NCBI GenBank assembly: GCA_045543375.1
Contig: JAZQMI010000040.1
Coordinates: 1-47,536 of the forward strand
DNA from: Eubacteriales bacterium
Lineage (GTDB): Bacteria > Bacillota > Clostridia > Oscillospirales > CAG-272
DNA: 47,536 nt
Direction of reading: 5' to 3'
Part shown: one piece after another, positions 8,993 through 17,624 of the stretch
How positions within the stretch are numbered: the first letter of the stretch is position 1
How the letters are laid out: each line of letters opens with the position of its first letter
Made by a program: the position numbers and the translations under genes
Notes under the pieces: model-generated
What the model was told of the DNA's origin: nothing
What the model saw: the letters and a program-made list of their open reading frames with translations, nothing else
Databases searched by the model: none

Positions 8993-9021
8993 TTTACTTT
9001 TGGAAGATATTATGCTATACT
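8993..9021 (+). promoter_or_regulatory. Sigma-A promoter (extended -10)
   Basis: TTTACT-N17-TATACT with TG at -15/-14. Confidence 0.55.
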
Positions 9022-9057
9022 GATGAAAACAAATTCTCCCAGGTAAAGGAGCTTATC

Positions 9058-10500
9058 ATGAAACCTTTTGACATGACCTTCCACCGCCAGTTTTCGATGT
9101 CCACCTACAAAAATCAAAAGCTGATGCTGGGCAAAATGACCTTTTGCAAGGATTTTCTCACCGCACCCGCAGGACGCACGGATCTTTATCCAGTGCTCAA
9201 CATGACCGACGGCACAAGCGAGCACATCGTGCGTGACCGCTACATGGTCAGCGGTTGCGTTTCCCGTATGTTCTGTCAGTTTTTTCCTTACGCCACCTAT
9301 GAGATGACCGCCCGTCTGACGAGCGGCAGCGTGGGATTTTCCTTCCACCTTTCGGACGCTGAGGCGACCGTAATGATGAGCAAGGATGGCATCGCGCTCG
9401 TCTGCGGTGAGCAAAACGAGTGCGCAGCACTGCCCGAGGGACTGGACGATACCGTCACCATGATCGTGAGCTGCCGCCCCGGCTTCTTTGATATTTTCTT
9501 CAAGCAGGACGGCGCAACGTTTTTCCATCACACCTTCGCCTGCTCCGCCTTTGACACCGCGCACGATTACAAGCGCTTCTCGCTTGGCTACGCCGCCGTT
9601 TGCGTGGACGGCTTGTGCGAGGTGCGTGAGGTGCTCGCCTACCTCGACAACGGCATTTCCATTGCCGATATGCGCCCCATTCGCTATGAAAACGGCGAGG
9701 TCATGGTTGAGAACGGCAAGGTATATCTCACCGTTTCTATCCGCATGCAGGTACGCATGTTCCAGGGCGTGCTCGCTTGGCTGCCCGGCACGGCGGAATT
9801 TGAGCTGGTCGGCGCCATCTTCTACGACGCAGGCGACGGGCTGTGGTGTGGCGACGTGGCTGCCTCCATTCTTTACCACCGTGCCGAGAAGCGCTGGCTG
9901 CTCTGGGTGTGCTCGTTCAATCACGGTCACATTCTCGCGCACGCTTCGTTCGAGGGCGACCCCCGTTTTGGCATCAACGTGATCGACGTCACGCTGGCCG
10001 ACCAGCACGAGGGCGAATACGATTACACGGCGTGGGCCACGCGCGCACACGACGAGGATCCCGATTTCTTTTACGACGAGCAGCGCGGCAAGTGGTACAT
10101 GGCCATTTGCCGGATCGACCAAACTCCCGGTCGCAGAAAAGCCTACCGCTACGCCTTCTTTGAGTCCGACCGTCCCTTTGACGGCTACACCTTTATCGGT
10201 AACGGCGTGGACGGCTCGGAAACGGGCGGCTCGTTCGTGCGCATCGACGGTGAGCAGTATTTCATCTGCGGCAACGAGAACGTCAACGACTACCGTATTT
10301 ACTCCAAGGACGGCATGCAAAATGCCAAATTTGACTTCCCCGACGGCGGTTTCCGCGGCTGGGGCACGCTGCTGCCCATCAAAAAAGGCAGCCGCACCCG
10401 TTATTTCTGGATCACGTTTGACCGTCACAACGGCAGCGACTACAACTGGAGCTACGGCAATCTGCACGGCTTTGAGGGCGTTCCCGACCATCAGGAATAA
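9058..10500 (+). CDS. Cytoplasmic protein with C-terminal five-bladed beta-propeller glycosidase-like (GH32/43-clan-like) domain
   Basis: AAGGAG RBS; IADMRP, EDPDFFYDE..GKWYMAIC, ETGGSF acidic blade motifs; no signal peptide. Confidence 0.55.
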   Translation: MKPFDMTFHRQFSMSTYKNQKLMLGKMTFCKDFLTAPAGRTDLYPVLNMTDGTSEHIVRDRYMVSGCVSRMFCQFFPYATYEMTARLTSGSVGFSFHLSDAEATVMMSKDGIALVCGEQNECAALPEGLDDTVTMIVSCRPGFFDIFFKQDGATFFHHTFACSAFDTAHDYKRFSLGYAAVCVDGLCEVREVLAYLDNGISIADMRPIRYENGEVMVENGKVYLTVSIRMQVRMFQGVLAWLPGTAEFELVGAIFYDAGDGLWCGDVAASILYHRAEKRWLLWVCSFNHGHILAHASFEGDPRFGINVIDVTLADQHEGEYDYTAWATRAHDEDPDFFYDEQRGKWYMAICRIDQTPGRRKAYRYAFFESDRPFDGYTFIGNGVDGSETGGSFVRIDGEQYFICGNENVNDYRIYSKDGMQNAKFDFPDGGFRGWGTLLPIKKGSRTRYFWITFDRHNGSDYNWSYGNLHGFEGVPDHQE

Positions 10501-10552
10501 CGCGCACAGGATCGTCAAACGTCTACGTGCGCGCCCTGCTTGACATAGCATC

Positions 10553-10593
10553 AAAAAACCGCCTTGCTCCCATGCGGGAACAAGGCGGTTTTT
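10553..10593. terminator. Bidirectional intrinsic terminator
   Basis: AAAAAACCGCCTTG / CAAGGCGGTTTTT inverted repeat between convergent genes. Confidence 0.85.
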
Positions 10594-10596
10594 GTT

Positions 10597-12783
10597 TTAT
10601 TCCGTGATCTCTTGCTCAACGAGCTCGTGCTTGTCGCCATCAATGGTCAGCGTGTAGAGCTTGCCATCGTAGCGGCGCGTGACCTTGATGTGATCCCAGC
10701 CGGCCGGTAAGCAGGGCTTGAATTCGATGCCCGTCGTTGCACCGGCGCGGAAGCCGATCATGTACTCAAGCAGCACCCAGAAGTGCCATGCGACCGTACC
10801 CGTGCGATAATGCAGACTGGAATAGCCGAAGTTCTCGCTGGGATAACCAAAATAGAAATTGGAATAATACAGCGGGATCTGGCGTGACCAGGTCGGATCG
10901 TGATCGGGATTGGTGGGCAGCATGGACATCATGGTCTGATAAGCATCCTCACCGTCACCGCGCAGGCAGTCGCCCAGAATCTTGAACATGACCGAGTGGC
11001 AGTAGACCGAGCCGTTTTCGGTCGTGCCGGGCTGCTTGGCGCTGACACGTCCCCAAATGGGGTTGTACTTGGTGAAAGGGGGATCGATCAGACGGTAGCC
11101 GAAGGGTACCTTCATGCTTTCAATGGTGTTGACCACCTTTTGAAGTCGCTCTCCCGTGGCTACGCCCGAGATGATCGACCACGTCTGCGTATTCAAGAAG
11201 CGCTGCGCCTCCTCGTCGGTATGAACGCCGTAGCGAACGCCGTCATCGTTGATACCGGCGGCATACCATTCACCGTCCCACAGATGCTCGTTGATGCTCT
11301 GTTTGAGGTGATCTCTGACGTCGGCCAGATATGCATCGGGACGGATGGCCAGCAGGCGGTCCAGCGCATAGGCAAATGCCATGCTGTTCCAGCCCGACTC
11401 ACCCTTACCCTTGCGGCCGGGGCCGTTGACGGGGTCGTTCCAGTCGCCGTCGAGCATCAGGCAAAGTCCGCGCTCGCCCATCTGCGTTGCCATGTAGCGT
11501 GCTGCCTTCAACAGGTGCGTGATAATAGGCTCACAAATGGGGCTGTCCATGTAGCTGACCTCGCGCTCGTAAACGCTCGCATCGCCCGTTTTTTCCACCA
11601 CCTCAATGGTGCAAAGAATGAGCCAGATGCACGCGTCGCTGTGGCGCATGAGGCAAAGACCCGTTTCGGGTGCGCCGTCGGTGTTGTAATACTGCTTGAT
11701 GTGTCCGTTGAAGTTCTGACGCTCCAGAATGCGAATGGTGCGCGCAAGGGCGAATTCGGGGTCAAGAATGGCATAACCCAGATAGTCCTGAAGCTGGTTG
11801 CGGATGGGGCAGTATGTACCGCCGCGGTTGAGGCGGGTGAAGTAAGTCAACTGGCGCTTGAGCCAATAGTTGGTCAGATAGTTGAGCTCGGTGTCGGGCG
11901 TCTCTATGGTAAGCACTGCGCAGCGCTTATCCCAAAGTGCCTTGAGCGCCTTGAGCTCCTCCTCCACGTTGGGAAAATTGTCGGCGATCTCGACCATCTG
12001 CTCCATCGAAAGAGCGCGACCGATCTGGAAGCTGACCGAAGCACTCTCACCAGCCGCGAGCGTGAAGGCGTGGTGCGTGACACCGATGGGCACGACCCAG
12101 TCCTGCTCGTAGCTGCCGTTGACGCAGACGCCGTTCTCGACCGCTGCGGGCATGCCTTCCGTATAGTCGCAGCCGAAGAAGCGCAGGCGGTTGCACTCGT
12201 ACGAGGTGGGCTTGACATCGCTGATGATATAATCAAAGCAGATCTGCGACTTGCATCTCTCATAATCTTCGTATTTGTGATAGCCGGGCAGACCCGTGCG
12301 GTAGATAAAGCGACCCTGTGCGTCGCCTCTGGCCTCGCACTGCATGGTCATTTTTGCAAACGGGAAGGCAGCAAAGGTGGAGATATCCGCCGTTTCCTTG
12401 CCAAGATTTTTCACCGTCATCGTCCAGATCTCGCGTTTGCCCTGAACCGGAACGAACATGCGGATGCTGACTTCAAAATCCTCAAACGTTTCGGTCAGCT
12501 CCGTTTGGTACAGACGGTGCTCGCAGCGGTAGGTCTGACCGTTTCCGCGGCACAGAATATAAGGCTTGCCGTTGTAGGTCGCATAAAAATGGTTGTCACC
12601 GGTTTTGTGCTTATCGTTGGCAAAATTGGGAGCCATGCGAATGCTCTCGCCCTCCATGCGCTGATTGAGGGCAACGCGATATTCGTCGTTGAACAGATAG
12701 TTGTCAAATGAGGAGGGAGGATACGCCGTCGTTACCACGTATGCGCGGCCGTCGTCCTCAAAATGTCCGTATTCTTTTTTCAT
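10597..12783 (-). CDS. GH94 glycoside phosphorylase, divergent
   Basis: YGHFEDDGRAYVV N-terminus, catalytic GDWND, FLNTQTWSI, ENGSVYCH, TGTVAW, PCLPAGW. Confidence 0.9.
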   Translation of the reverse strand: MKKEYGHFEDDGRAYVVTTAYPPSSFDNYLFNDEYRVALNQRMEGESIRMAPNFANDKHKTGDNHFYATYNGKPYILCRGNGQTYRCEHRLYQTELTETFEDFEVSIRMFVPVQGKREIWTMTVKNLGKETADISTFAAFPFAKMTMQCEARGDAQGRFIYRTGLPGYHKYEDYERCKSQICFDYIISDVKPTSYECNRLRFFGCDYTEGMPAAVENGVCVNGSYEQDWVVPIGVTHHAFTLAAGESASVSFQIGRALSMEQMVEIADNFPNVEEELKALKALWDKRCAVLTIETPDTELNYLTNYWLKRQLTYFTRLNRGGTYCPIRNQLQDYLGYAILDPEFALARTIRILERQNFNGHIKQYYNTDGAPETGLCLMRHSDACIWLILCTIEVVEKTGDASVYEREVSYMDSPICEPIITHLLKAARYMATQMGERGLCLMLDGDWNDPVNGPGRKGKGESGWNSMAFAYALDRLLAIRPDAYLADVRDHLKQSINEHLWDGEWYAAGINDDGVRYGVHTDEEAQRFLNTQTWSIISGVATGERLQKVVNTIESMKVPFGYRLIDPPFTKYNPIWGRVSAKQPGTTENGSVYCHSVMFKILGDCLRGDGEDAYQTMMSMLPTNPDHDPTWSRQIPLYYSNFYFGYPSENFGYSSLHYRTGTVAWHFWVLLEYMIGFRAGATTGIEFKPCLPAGWDHIKVTRRYDGKLYTLTIDGDKHELVEQEITE

Positions 12784-12900
12784 GACTTGCTCCTTTCGCT
12801 ATTTTATAGTTTTACATTTTTATCATATCCGTAATTTCATCTTATGTATAGAACATTTTTTGATAAAAATACAACTTTTTTAATATTGTCGTAAATAAGC

Positions 12901-12930
12901 AAAAAGGAGCACCGCGCGGATGCTCCTTCC
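12901..12930 (-). terminator. Intrinsic terminator after spoVAC
   Basis: AAGGAGCA / TGCTCCTT stem preceded by A tract (T tract on minus strand). Confidence 0.7.
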
Positions 12931-12936
12931 CCCTCT

Positions 12937-13383
12937 TTACCACAGCGTCGTGGTCCAATAGACGACACCGTACACGGCTCCCGCCAGCGTGCCGTACAAC
13001 AGCACGGGACCCGCCACGGTAAATATTTTGGCACCGACACCCAGCACCCAGCCCTCGGCACGGCTGTCAATGGCGGGCGATACGACGGCGTTAGCAAAAC
13101 CCGTAATAGGTACCAACGTCCCCGCACCCGCAAATTTAGCGATCTTACAAAAGATGCCGAAGCCCGTCAGCACGGCGGCAACAAATACCAGCGTCACGGC
13201 CGTCAGCGTGCCTGCATCCTCCTTTGGCATACGGCAGACCGAGGTGTAAAGCGTCGTCAGCCCCTGCCCCAGCGTGCAGATCAGCCCGCCGACGACAAAG
13301 GCGTGCACGCAATCCTTTACGATGGGTGAGCGCGGTGCGTGCGCGTCGGCAAAGCGCTTGTAGCTGTCCTTGTTCATATTCAT
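12937..13383 (-). CDS. spoVAC: Stage V sporulation protein AC
   Basis: AFVVGGLICTLGQ, FAGAGTLVPITGFANAVVSPAI, EGWVLGVGAKIF.VAGPV; start reassigned to ATG after AAGGAG. Confidence 0.93.
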   Translation of the reverse strand: MNMNKDSYKRFADAHAPRSPIVKDCVHAFVVGGLICTLGQGLTTLYTSVCRMPKEDAGTLTAVTLVFVAAVLTGFGIFCKIAKFAGAGTLVPITGFANAVVSPAIDSRAEGWVLGVGAKIFTVAGPVLLYGTLAGAVYGVVYWTTTLW

Positions 13384-13413
13384 ACCGATATTCTCCTTTG
13401 AATGTTCTTGCCT

Positions 13414-13442
13414 TATTTTGCCCCGTTTGAATGTTTTCATAC
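13414..13442 (-). promoter_or_regulatory. Forespore (sigma-G/F-type) promoter of spoVAC
   Basis: Minus strand GTATG-N17-CAAAATA (GGGCAAAATA). Confidence 0.6.
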
Positions 13443-13447
13443 GGCAC

Positions 13448-13476
13448 TTGACACGTGCGCGTTTTTGCGCTATAAT
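13448..13476 (+). promoter_or_regulatory. Consensus sigma-A promoter
   Basis: TTGACA-N17-TATAAT. Confidence 0.85.
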
Positions 13477-13520
13477 GTAGATAGTGAAGACCACAGACCG
13501 AAAATGGGAGGGAAAACGAT

Positions 13521-13826
13521 ATGGCATCAACCACATGGGACGATATCTGCACCACGGTAGACAGTTGGGCAAAAAAGGCTTCTCGCAAGGTCGAGCAACT
13601 GACCGACACGGCAGCGATCCGCTTGCGCCTTTCCGCTAAAAAAGCCGAGCTGGAGGAGCAGTACACGCTGCTCGGTCGCCTGACCTACGAGCGCGAGTAC
13701 GTCGACGTACCGGCCAAGGAGGATGTGCAGCCCATCAGCGATAAGATCGCCACTTGCGTGGCAAAAATACACGCGCTGCGCGCCGAGATCGAGGCGCTTG
13801 AAGCCGAGTGCAATACCGACGAGTGA
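13521..13826 (+). CDS. Hypothetical coiled-coil protein
   Basis: GGGAGG RBS, consensus promoter and terminator flank it; helical heptad pattern, LG+L.Y motif. Confidence 0.75.
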   Translation: MASTTWDDICTTVDSWAKKASRKVEQLTDTAAIRLRLSAKKAELEEQYTLLGRLTYEREYVDVPAKEDVQPISDKIATCVAKIHALRAEIEALEAECNTDE

Positions 13827-13838
13827 TCCGATCCAATG

Positions 13839-13871
13839 CCACCGCACGATACAGCCGTGCGGTGGTTTTTT
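13839..13871 (+). terminator. Intrinsic terminator
   Basis: CCACCGCACG / CGTGCGGTGG followed by TTTTTT. Confidence 0.85.
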
Positions 13872-13900
13872 GCGCGTTTGAAAAAAATTTGTCAAATCCC

Positions 13901-13929
13901 TTGATTTCGCGTCGCGTATCTATTATAAT
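13901..13929 (+). promoter_or_regulatory. Sigma-A promoter
   Basis: TTGATT-N17-TATAAT. Confidence 0.65.
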
Positions 13930-13979
13930 ATTATTATCTATACCTATGCCAATATATTGCGGAAAGGAATTCTTCGATT

Positions 13980-14468
13980 ATGGATCGCGTTTCCAAGCAT
14001 AATTATTATCTCGATATTGCCCAGACCGTTGCCGAACGATCGACCTGCCTGCGAAAAAAATACGGTGCTATTATCGTCAAGGACGACGCCATCATTGCCA
14101 CGGGCTACAACGGCGCTCCCCGCGGCCGTCAGAATTGCAACGACCTCAATTTCTGCATGCGCGAAAAGCTGCAGATCCCGCGCGGTGAGCGATATGAGCT
14201 TTGCCGCTCGGTACACGCCGAGGCCAATGCCATCATCTCCGCTCCCCGCGATCAGATGCTGGGCGCGACGCTGTACCAGACCTGCGTGTCGCCCGAGGAC
14301 GGCTCGATCGTAGGCAACATCTGCTCGTGCATGATGTGCAAGCGCATGATCATCAACGCCGGCATCACCAAGGTCATTTTCCGCAACACGGCGGACGAGT
14401 TTTACACGGTCGACGTCAACGAGTGGATCGAAAATGACGATTCTCTTTCGGGACAGTTCGGCTATTGA
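13980..14468 (+). CDS. dCMP deaminase family (ComEB-like) zinc deaminase
   Basis: RSTCLR..YGA.IV, TGYNGAPRG, HAEANAI, C.MCKRMIINAGI. Confidence 0.92.
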   Translation: MDRVSKHNYYLDIAQTVAERSTCLRKKYGAIIVKDDAIIATGYNGAPRGRQNCNDLNFCMREKLQIPRGERYELCRSVHAEANAIISAPRDQMLGATLYQTCVSPEDGSIVGNICSCMMCKRMIINAGITKVIFRNTADEFYTVDVNEWIENDDSLSGQFGY

Positions 14469-14486
14469 TTTGAGGAAGGATCATTC

Positions 14487-15227
14487 ATGAAGCATTCTCG
14501 TTTTTCAGTTGCACTTGTGTGCGTCACACTGGCGCTGTGTACACTGCTTTGCTGCTCGTGCGGCAATCGTCTTGTCAAGCTTGTCGCCATGGAGGGCGAT
14601 ACCTATCGCAACACCCAGACCAACACCGTTTATACGGTGCTCTCGCCCTCGTATGAGAGCGTTGCGCGCGGCGAGGAATACGCTCGCCTTGACCTTTCGG
14701 GCGTTGAGTTTATTTTGCATAAAATTCCCGGTCAAGATCCGAGCGAATGGCTGTGCTCGACGTGGGGCGACGTCTACTGCCCTGCCGACTACGATATCAC
14801 GCCCTTTGAGGACTGGAATATCGACGCGCTGTACGTTTGCACCAACACAGCCGTGGTCGTCGCCGAGCTGACGCTGCGTGAGAGCGACCACCCACAGCCC
14901 ACCTTGTGCGCTGACATGTATTCGCTGCTGCAATCCGCCTATGTGAACGGTCCCGCCGTATATTATCCCTCCTACGCAAGCTCGGCGCGCACCTACACGC
15001 TGCGCTTTGCGACTAATGCGCACCCCGCGCTGTATTACAGCGTCAAGCTGATCGAATACACCGAAGACATCGTTGACACGATCGAGCTGGACGGCGTCGT
15101 GCAAGAGGTCAACCTGGGGCGCACCTTCCTCTACGACCGCTACGCCGACCGTTGCGTCCCCGTCACCGATGCCATCTTCCGCATGCTGGACGGCGCGACG
15201 CTTGAGGAGGTCTTAAGCCTTGAATAA
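14487..15227 (+). CDS. Hypothetical lipoprotein
   Basis: Signal ending LLCCSC-G; in operon between deaminase and rimI. Confidence 0.7.
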   Translation: MKHSRFSVALVCVTLALCTLLCCSCGNRLVKLVAMEGDTYRNTQTNTVYTVLSPSYESVARGEEYARLDLSGVEFILHKIPGQDPSEWLCSTWGDVYCPADYDITPFEDWNIDALYVCTNTAVVVAELTLRESDHPQPTLCADMYSLLQSAYVNGPAVYYPSYASSARTYTLRFATNAHPALYYSVKLIEYTEDIVDTIELDGVVQEVNLGRTFLYDRYADRCVPVTDAIFRMLDGATLEEVLSLE

Positions 15228-15672
15228 GCCCGTCAGACTGACAAGCGATCACCTGCGCGCGGTCGCCTCTCTTGAGCAGCTTTGCTTTGCCGAGCCTTGG
15301 AGCGAGGATGCACTGTCGCTTTTGTGCCGCGAGGGCGGGGTCGGCGTCGTCATTCCGGACGGTGAAAGCGAAACTGCCAAGGCCTACGGTGGCATGACGG
15401 TGGTGCTCGACGAAGGTTCGATCACCAACATTGCCGTCCGCCCCGACGTGCGCCGTCAAGGGCTCGGACGCGCCGTGGTGGAAGCCCTGCTTGATCGCGC
15501 TCGCTCGCTTGGCGTGACCGACGTGTATCTTGAAGTGCGTCTGTCCAACGAGCCCGCCATCGCACTTTACCGCGCGCTCGGCTTTGACGTTGTCGGCACA
15601 CGCAAGAATTTTTACAAACAGCCCACCGAGGACGCATACACCATGCACCGCCATGAGAATGCGCCACAATAA
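15220..15672 (+). CDS. rimI: Ribosomal protein S18 alanine N-acetyltransferase
   Basis: LEQLCF.EPWS, ITNIAV.P..RRQGLG, LEVR.SN..AI.LY..LGF, RKNFY..P.EDA. Confidence 0.92.
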   Translation: MNKPVRLTSDHLRAVASLEQLCFAEPWSEDALSLLCREGGVGVVIPDGESETAKAYGGMTVVLDEGSITNIAVRPDVRRQGLGRAVVEALLDRARSLGVTDVYLEVRLSNEPAIALYRALGFDVVGTRKNFYKQPTEDAYTMHRHENAPQ

Positions 15673-15690
15673 CGCAAAGGAATTTCTGAT

Positions 15691-16710
15691 ATGTACGTTT
15701 TAGGACTTGAAAGCTCGTGCGACGAAACCTCAGCCGCCATCGTTGAAATGGACGGCGAGGTGCGCAATATTCGCGCCAATATCGTCGCATCGCAAATAGA
15801 AACGCACCGTCTTTACGGCGGCGTCGTGCCCGAGATCGCCAGCCGCGCCCACGTCGAAGTCATTTCGCGCATCACACGCGAGGCACTTGACACGGCAGGA
15901 CTTACGCTCCCCGACATCGGCGCGGTCGCTGTGACCACGCATCCGGGTCTGATCGGTGCTTTGCTGGTCGGTGTCAATTTTGCCAAATCGCTGGCCTTTG
16001 CCAACGGCATTCCGTTGGTATCGGTCAATCACATTCACGCCCACGTAGCCGCCGCATATCTGGCCGAGCCGACGCTGCGCCCGCCCTTTCTTGCGCTCGT
16101 CGTATCGGGCGGTCACACCTCGCTCTACCGCGTGCACGACGAGGTGACCTTTGAGGAAATCGGCGCGACGCGCGACGATGCGGCAGGCGAGGCGTTTGAC
16201 AAGATCGGCCGCGTCATCGGCATGCCCTATCCCGGCGGTGCGGCACTCGACAAGCTGGCCTATGAGGGCGACAAGACCGCCTTCAAGCTGCCCTCCCCCG
16301 CCCTTGCGGGCGACGAGCTGGCCTTTTCGTTCAGCGGTCTGAAAACGGCCGCGCTCAATCTCATCAACTCGGCAACGCAGCGCGGTGAGGACATCGACCG
16401 CGCCGACCTGGCTGCCTCTTACACCGACGTCATCGTGCGCGCCATTGCCAAAAAGACGGGCGAAGCACTCGATCGCACCAAGGACGACACGCTGGTCGTC
16501 GCGGGCGGTGTTGCCGCCAATTCCCATCTGCGCCGCGCACTCACCGAGCTCTGCGCGTCCCGCGGTGTCAAGCTGGTTTTTCCGCCGCTCTCGCTATGCG
16601 GTGACAACGGTGCCATGGTCGCCGCTGCGGGTTATTTTGAATATCGCGCAGGCCATCTTTCCGACACCTCACTCAACGCAAGTGCGAGCGATCTGCTCGA
16701 CGGACGCTGA
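15691..16710 (+). CDS. tsaD: tRNA threonylcarbamoyltransferase TsaD
   Basis: LGLESSCDET, YGGVVPEIASRAH, VNHIHAH, VSGGHT, DDAAGEAFDK, FSFSGLKTA, DNGAM. Confidence 0.97.
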   Translation: MYVLGLESSCDETSAAIVEMDGEVRNIRANIVASQIETHRLYGGVVPEIASRAHVEVISRITREALDTAGLTLPDIGAVAVTTHPGLIGALLVGVNFAKSLAFANGIPLVSVNHIHAHVAAAYLAEPTLRPPFLALVVSGGHTSLYRVHDEVTFEEIGATRDDAAGEAFDKIGRVIGMPYPGGAALDKLAYEGDKTAFKLPSPALAGDELAFSFSGLKTAALNLINSATQRGEDIDRADLAASYTDVIVRAIAKKTGEALDRTKDDTLVVAGGVAANSHLRRALTELCASRGVKLVFPPLSLCGDNGAMVAAAGYFEYRAGHLSDTSLNASASDLLDGR

Positions 16711-16720
16711 AGCAGCGCCC

Positions 16721-16851
16721 TGTGGAAAACACGCCTGCTGTATCGCTTTATCACGATAAAACGTGAGTTTTCCACAGAAAATGACCAATCAGGACAAGCT
16801 TTTCCACCGCCGTGTGTGGAAAAGTCTGTGGAAGCTGTGGAAAATTCAACA
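16721..16851. promoter_or_regulatory. Cluster of DnaA-box-like 9-mers
   Basis: TGTGGAAAA at 16721, 16815, 16836; TTTTCCACA 16768; weaker TTTTCCACC 16800, TGTGGAAGC 16827, AATTCAACA 16843. Confidence 0.75.
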
Positions 16852-16907
16852 CGGTTTTTCAAGTCAAAATATACACGTACACTTCATTTCAAAAGGAGTT
16901 TTACGCT

Positions 16908-17615
16908 ATGAATCAGAACGAAAACAACATACATTCCCCTTCCGTCGCATTGCCCGAGCATAACGTTTCGCAGGCGGTCATCAAACGTCTGCCGCGCTAT
17001 TTCCGCTATTTGCGCGAGCTGATCCGTCAGGGAAAAATGCGCATCAGCTCGAGCGAGCTATCGGCCATGATGAACGTCACCGCCTCGCAGATTCGTCAGG
17101 ACCTCAACTGCTTCGGCGGCTTCGGTCAGCAGGGCTACGGCTACAACGTCAACTACCTGTACGCCAAGATTTCCGAGATCCTCGGCGTCGGTGCGGGACT
17201 TTGTGCCGTCGTTATCGGTATCGGTGACCTGGGTCGCGCGCTGGTGCGCTCGGACATGTTCGTCAAGCGCGGCGTGGATATCGTGGGACTGTTTGACGTT
17301 GACCCCGCCCTGATCGGCAAGAGCATGAGTGGGCTGACCGTCCGTCACGTGGATACGTTGGAGCGTTTTTGCGAGCAAAACCACGTGGATTTTGCCGTGC
17401 TGACCGTTCCCAAGAGTGCCGCCGAGGAGGTTGCCACGCATCTCTCCCGATGCGGTGTGCGCGGGCTTTGGAACTTCACGGGTGTTGAGCTTCAGCTCAA
17501 GGACGATGAAAAGCGTCCGCCCATGGTCGAAAACGTCCACCTTGGCGACTCGCTCATGACGCTGACCTATCTGCTTTGCGCCAACAAAAATGACGACGAT
17601 ACGTCGAATGAATGA
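16908..17615 (+). CDS. rex: Redox-sensing transcriptional repressor Rex
   Basis: VIKRLPRY.RYL, ISS.EL, TASQIRQDLNCFGGFGQQGYGYNV, Rossmann GIGDLG; ATG 16908 after AAGGAG. Confidence 0.95.
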   Translation: MNQNENNIHSPSVALPEHNVSQAVIKRLPRYFRYLRELIRQGKMRISSSELSAMMNVTASQIRQDLNCFGGFGQQGYGYNVNYLYAKISEILGVGAGLCAVVIGIGDLGRALVRSDMFVKRGVDIVGLFDVDPALIGKSMSGLTVRHVDTLERFCEQNHVDFAVLTVPKSAAEEVATHLSRCGVRGLWNFTGVELQLKDDEKRPPMVENVHLGDSLMTLTYLLCANKNDDDTSNE

Positions 17616-17624
17616 GGATATCAC

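Noticed and set aside
9010-12711. Opposite-strand ORFs 9010-10554 and 10900-12711
   Set aside because: Shadows of the propeller and GH94 genes; no motifs
13980-14468. Deaminase as anti-phage dCTP deaminase
   Set aside because: Small single-domain ComEB-like protein in a housekeeping operon, no kinase domain or defence context
16721-16900. oriC call for the DnaA-box cluster
   Set aside because: No dnaA/dnaN nearby, no clear unwinding element or lasting gene-orientation switch; kept only as a DnaA-box cluster
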